Part shown: piece by piece, positions 42,400 to 46,026 of the stretch
Layout: the number at the start of each line of letters is the position of its first letter
Position numbering within the stretch: the first letter of the stretch is position 1
NCBI GenBank assembly: GCA_964617845.1
Contig: CAZUAR010000026.1
Coordinates: 106,821-152,846 of the forward strand
Source: an uncultured Kofleriaceae bacterium
GTDB taxonomy: Bacteria; Myxococcota_A; Polyangia; Haliangiales; Haliangiaceae
Direction: 5' to 3'
DNA: 46,026 bases
The notes under the pieces: generated by a model
What the model was told of the DNA's origin: nothing
What the model saw: the letters and a program-made list of their open reading frames with translations, nothing else
Databases searched by the model: none
Made by a program: the position numbers and the translations under genes

Positions 42400-42785
42400 C
42401 CCGACTCGAAGACGCCTCCTGGGCCGCGCTGCGCATCGTCGCGGGCTTCATGTTCCTGTTTCACGGCGCGCAGAAGATCCTCGGGGTGCTCACGACCAAG
42501 GCGCCTCCCGAAGCGTTCACGCAGAAGTGGGTCGGTGGCGTGATCGAGCTCGTCGGCGGTGCGCTGATCGCGATCGGCCTGTTCACACGGCCAGCCGCCT
42601 TCATCGCCTCGGGCACGATGGCCGTCGCGTACTTCCAGTTCCACTGGAAGATGCAGGGCGGCGCGCAGCTCTTGCCGATCGGCAACGGAGGCGAGCTCGC
42701 GGTGCTCTACTGCTTCGTGTTCCTCGCGATCGCGGTCAAAGGCGCGGGCGTCGCGTCGATCGATCGCGTCCTCGGACGCGCGTGA
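42396..42785 (+). CDS. DoxX family membrane protein
   Basis: ATG overlaps the GST stop (ATGA). Four hydrophobic helices. 'LRIVAGFMFLFHGAQKI' is DoxX-like. Confidence 0.75.
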   Translation: MTRLEDASWAALRIVAGFMFLFHGAQKILGVLTTKAPPEAFTQKWVGGVIELVGGALIAIGLFTRPAAFIASGTMAVAYFQFHWKMQGGAQLLPIGNGGELAVLYCFVFLAIAVKGAGVASIDRVLGRA

Positions 42786-42968
42786 ACCGCGTTTCGCGCA
42801 CTGGTCAAATCCACCACTTTCGAATTGTAATGGGGTCCGACCCCAACCGACGCGCGAAATGGTCGAATCCACCACTTCTGTCCAGCGCGTTGGACGCTTG
42901 TCCAGCCGGCGGACACGCGGACGCGTCACTCGGGACACGTGTCCAGCCGGCGGACACGTCGGCCGCGG

Positions 42969-43814
42969 TCACTTCGCTTTCTTGCCGACGTGCTTCTCGA
43001 CAGCCTCGCGGACGAGCTTGCCGTCGCCCGGGGCGATCGTGCTCGACGATGTCACGACGACCTCGCGGCCCTTGATCGCGACGCTCGCCTTGCCCTTCTG
43101 CGCCTTCTTGTAGGTGCAGCGCAGGCCGTCGAGCTTCTTGCGGACCGCGTCCTTGTGATCGCGGCACACGTCGCTCATCCCCGACGCGTAGATGCTGCAC
43201 ATCTCGCCGATGTCGAGCGCCTTGGGGATGTTGTTGCCGCTGTCACCGGCGGCCTTCCACGACGCGATGTCGATCGTCAGCTTCGCGTCGTCGCCGCACC
43301 GCTTCTTGAGGCCCTCGGCCGCCTTCGGTGCGTCGACGTTCTCGAGATCCCACTCCCGCTTCGCGTCCGCGATCCCTTGGAACGCCGGACTTGCATGCAA
43401 GAGCCTGGGCGCGTCGCCCGTCGGCGAGTAGCCCGGGACGCGCGTGAACACGACGATGCCCTTCTCGATCGTCACCTTCTCCTCGGACTTGTTGTTGTCG
43501 GGCAACAGCCCGCACTTGACCGCCGTCACCTTCGCCTTCACGAACGCCTGACCGGCCGGGTGTGCGGTGCCCTGGTCGTTCAGGCACGCGGCGCGGATCG
43601 CGTCCATGATCGGCGCGCAGTCCTGCGCCTTCGCGTTCGCCTTCTCCCACGCGGCCCAGTCGGGCGCGACGAGCGTGATCGAGGTGCCGCAGCTCGTGTT
43701 GAGCTTCGCGAGCGCCTGGTTCAGATCCGCTTGCAGCCTGTCGCGATACGACTCGGCGCTCGCCGAGGACACGCACACCACGATCGCGAACGCGCACCAC
43801 TTCGCATGCAGCAT
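42969..43814 (-). CDS. Secreted Lys-rich, Cys-containing hypothetical protein
   Basis: ATG 43814 with AGGAGG 6 nt upstream. Signal peptide 'MLHAKWCAFAIVVCVSSASA'. Ten Cys. No known domain. Confidence 0.55.
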   Translation of the reverse strand: MLHAKWCAFAIVVCVSSASAESYRDRLQADLNQALAKLNTSCGTSITLVAPDWAAWEKANAKAQDCAPIMDAIRAACLNDQGTAHPAGQAFVKAKVTAVKCGLLPDNNKSEEKVTIEKGIVVFTRVPGYSPTGDAPRLLHASPAFQGIADAKREWDLENVDAPKAAEGLKKRCGDDAKLTIDIASWKAAGDSGNNIPKALDIGEMCSIYASGMSDVCRDHKDAVRKKLDGLRCTYKKAQKGKASVAIKGREVVVTSSSTIAPGDGKLVREAVEKHVGKKAK

Positions 43815-43890
43815 CGTCGCCTCCTGCGCGAATCGTACCGCGGAGCCGCCTCGCCTCGCTGCGCTCGTAACGTCTCTCGCGCGGCGCCGG

Positions 43891-44220
43891 CTATTCGGGG
43901 TTCTCGGGACGGTCGGTCGCGCTACCGGCACCACTGCCGCTGGCGGTCAGCGCCCGACGGCACGCCTGGAGCTCCGCTTCGAACGCCTTGCCCTTCTTGT
44001 CCTGCTCGGCGGTCGGCTTCGCGTCCTTGTCGAGCTTGTCGCGCATCGTCTTCTTGTAGTCGAGGCGCGCTTGCGAGACGCGGTCGGCGCACGCGGTGTC
44101 CTGGCACGCGCACATCTCGGTCTTGAACTTCTCGAGCTGGCCGAGGATCTCGTCGAACTTGTCGTTACCGCCCTTGCACCCGATCACCACCAGCCCGAGG
44201 ACGATCGCCAGCGAACGCAT
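43891..44220 (-). CDS. Small lipoprotein
   Basis: 'MRSLAIVLGLVVIGC' lipobox. Helical and Lys-rich with 4 Cys. It sits immediately upstream of the 42969..43814 gene on the same strand. Confidence 0.5.
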   Translation of the reverse strand: MRSLAIVLGLVVIGCKGGNDKFDEILGQLEKFKTEMCACQDTACADRVSQARLDYKKTMRDKLDKDAKPTAEQDKKGKAFEAELQACRRALTASGSGAGSATDRPENPE

Positions 44221-44229
44221 ATCGCGATC

Positions 44230-45159
44230 CTAGCAGTCGGACGATGACGGCGCTTGGTACGTGTCCTTGGCCCACGCGAGAAACTGCTCGCCCGGTAGCT
44301 CCAACGCTTTGCGGCACAGCTCGCCGACGTGGATCGGAAAGTCTTTCTCCAGGACCCAGCGCAAGAAGCTGCGATCCGGACCGGCCGCGAGCTCGTGCAG
44401 GGGCGCGTTCAGATACTTCCCGAACCCGACGACGATGACCTCGCCATCCCAGCGCAGGTGCCGCGTCGGGCCGACCCAGCTCGCGCGCTCGGCGAGCATG
44501 GACGCGCCATGGCGAGAGAGCGTGGGATCGCACTTCTGCGCGATCTCCGCCCAGTCGGCGCCGGCGAGGCCGTAGTGCTTGAGCATCCCCGAGAGCACGC
44601 GTCCGGTCGCCGCCACGTCGGCGCTCGCGGTGTGCGCCGAGGCGAAGCCTTCACCGACGAACTTCTGATGCGCGTTCTGGAGGCTGCGCGGCTCGAACTG
44701 CTGCCACAGGCGATACGCGTCGACGATCTTCTTCTGGGACAGGTCGAGCCACGGACGTCCGATGCGCGCGTACTCGGCCTGGAGCATGTCGATGTCGAAC
44801 GTGAGGTTGTAGCCGACGATCACCTCCGCGCTGTCGAACACGGCGGCGATCTCGTCGGCGAGCTCCGCGAACGTGGGGCACGCGGCGAGGTCTTCCTCGG
44901 AGATGCCGTGGACAGCGCGGGCACCCGGGTGGATCGGGGTCTGGGGCTTGATGCGCCAGACCTGGTTGGGCGCGTGATCCTCGAGGCCGTGCTGCACGCA
45001 CAGCTCGATCACCTGGTCGCGCGTGCGGTCGGTCCCCGTGGTCTCGCAGTCGAAGACCACGACGCGCGCCGGCTGCACGATCGGGGCGCTGCCCTCGGCC
45101 AGCGCCGGCGCCGGCGCGGACGACTCTCGCCAATCGAGCAGGGACAACGTGCCTTCCAC
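44230..45159 (-). CDS. DEDDh 3'-5' exonuclease (DnaQ/epsilon-like) with ~110-aa C-terminal extension
   Basis: Exo I 'VVFDCETTG'. Exo II 'VVGYNLTFDIDML'. Exo III 'HTASADVAATGRV'. Confidence 0.75.
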   Translation of the reverse strand: MEGTLSLLDWRESSAPAPALAEGSAPIVQPARVVVFDCETTGTDRTRDQVIELCVQHGLEDHAPNQVWRIKPQTPIHPGARAVHGISEEDLAACPTFAELADEIAAVFDSAEVIVGYNLTFDIDMLQAEYARIGRPWLDLSQKKIVDAYRLWQQFEPRSLQNAHQKFVGEGFASAHTASADVAATGRVLSGMLKHYGLAGADWAEIAQKCDPTLSRHGASMLAERASWVGPTRHLRWDGEVIVVGFGKYLNAPLHELAAGPDRSFLRWVLEKDFPIHVGELCRKALELPGEQFLAWAKDTYQAPSSSDC

Positions 45160-45229
45160 ACGCCGACTCTAGGTGTCCCCTCTGACAGCCACTCCGGACC
45201 CGGGATCGGCCAAGATCCAAGCGATCGAA

Positions 45230-45868
45230 ATGCTTTACCATCGCGACGTGCGATCGCTGCTCGTGCTCGGCCTCCTGGTCGCCTGCAAGGCGAACGAACC
45301 GCCGCCCATCACCGGCGCCTGGTACGACGGGTTCGAGCGCGAGTCACTCGGACCGAACTGGTCGGCGACCGGCGACGGCTATCGGATCGACGCGGGACAG
45401 GTCAACGCGAAGGGCGCGCACAACCATCCGCTGTGGCTGCGCAAGAAGCTGCCGCGCAACGTGCGCATCGAGTTCGACGCGTGGTCGACCGAGCAGCGCG
45501 GGGATATCAAGGTCGAGGTGTTCGGCGACGGCTCGTCGTACGACCCGGACGGCAACCGCTACATGGCGACCGGCTACGAGGTGATCTTCGGCGGCTGGCA
45601 CAACTCGAAGTCGATCATCGCGAGGCTCGACGAGCACGGGAACGATCTCGTCCAGCGATCGGACGTCAAGGTTATTCCCGGAAAGCACTATCACTGGCGG
45701 ATCGATCGCAAGGACACGAAGGTGACGTGGTTCATCGACGACATGTCCAAGCCGTTCCTCGAGCTCGACGACAAACAACCCCTCGAGAAGGAGGGGCACG
45801 AGTATTTCGCGCTCAACAACTGGGAGACCGATACGTGGTTCGACAACCTCGTGATCACCCCACTCTGA
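45230..45868 (+). CDS. Lipoprotein, beta-rich, function unknown
   Basis: ATG 45230 gives 'MLYHRDVRSLLVLGLLVAC' (lipobox). Trp/Asp-rich beta-strand pattern. Confidence 0.55.
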   Translation: MLYHRDVRSLLVLGLLVACKANEPPPITGAWYDGFERESLGPNWSATGDGYRIDAGQVNAKGAHNHPLWLRKKLPRNVRIEFDAWSTEQRGDIKVEVFGDGSSYDPDGNRYMATGYEVIFGGWHNSKSIIARLDEHGNDLVQRSDVKVIPGKHYHWRIDRKDTKVTWFIDDMSKPFLELDDKQPLEKEGHEYFALNNWETDTWFDNLVITPL

Positions 45869-46026
45869 GCCGACGGCGTTCCGTGTAGCCCAGCGCTTCG
45901 CGAGGCGATTGGTGCCGCCGCTCGGCTGTCAGGCGAGCGGCCCTCGACGCCGACGGCGTTCCGTATAGCCGAGCGCTTCGCGAGGCGATTGGTGCCGCCG
46001 CTCGGCTGTCAGGCGAGCGGCCCTCG
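45869..46026. repeat. 78-bp direct repeat x2 (2 mismatches) with internal 8-bp stem, truncated by window end
   Basis: Copy 1 at 45869-45946 and copy 2 at 45949-46026: 'gccgacggcgttccgt[g/a]tagcc[c/g]agcgcttcgcgaggcgattggtgccgccgctcggctgtcaggcgagcggccctcg'. Each contains GCCGCTCG...CGAGCGGC. Confidence 0.85.

Overview
This is a high-GC (~70-72%) bacterial chromosomal window. Codon usage, abundant Ser/Thr kinases, ECF sigma factors, TPR proteins, lipoproteins and sigma-54 regulators all point to Myxococcota (my guess is Sorangiineae or Sandaracinus-like). Many of the long ORFs on the six-frame track are Arg-rich antisense or off-frame artefacts of the GC bias; I called genes only where the protein looks real, and I re-derived start codons. 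The track translates GTG and TTG starts as M.

Housekeeping genes present:
- ileS, with two tandem lspA paralogs downstream
- dCMP deaminase
- comEC
- pabB-like gene
- recN
- nadK
- rplM-rpsI
- GST and DoxX
- DnaQ-like exonuclease

Signalling genes present:
- an FHA protein followed by a Ser/Thr kinase (STK)
- an ECF sigma factor followed by an STK carrying a zinc-anti-sigma (ZAS) motif
- an STK divergent from another ECF sigma factor
- a VOC gene, a sensor histidine kinase and a sigma-54 response regulator in a row

The most coherent accessory unit is a bidirectional arsenic island at 25.7-29.1 kb: arsN2, a CorE-like ECF sigma, arsM | arsC, arsR, aquaglyceroporin. The Cys-rich sigma factor sits in-operon between arsM and arsN2, and a perfect inverted repeat lies over the arsC start.

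Other points worth a second look:
- a single-domain rhodanese whose reading frame carries one in-frame TGA followed by a GC hairpin (selenoprotein or pseudogene)
- a 0.8-kb low-GC (~60%) gene for a secreted protein with an HNH-like C-terminus
- a possible frameshift in a TSP3-repeat lipoprotein
- several structured or tandem repeat elements, including a 78-bp unit duplicated at the window edge

I did not see rRNA, tRNA or CRISPR arrays by eye.
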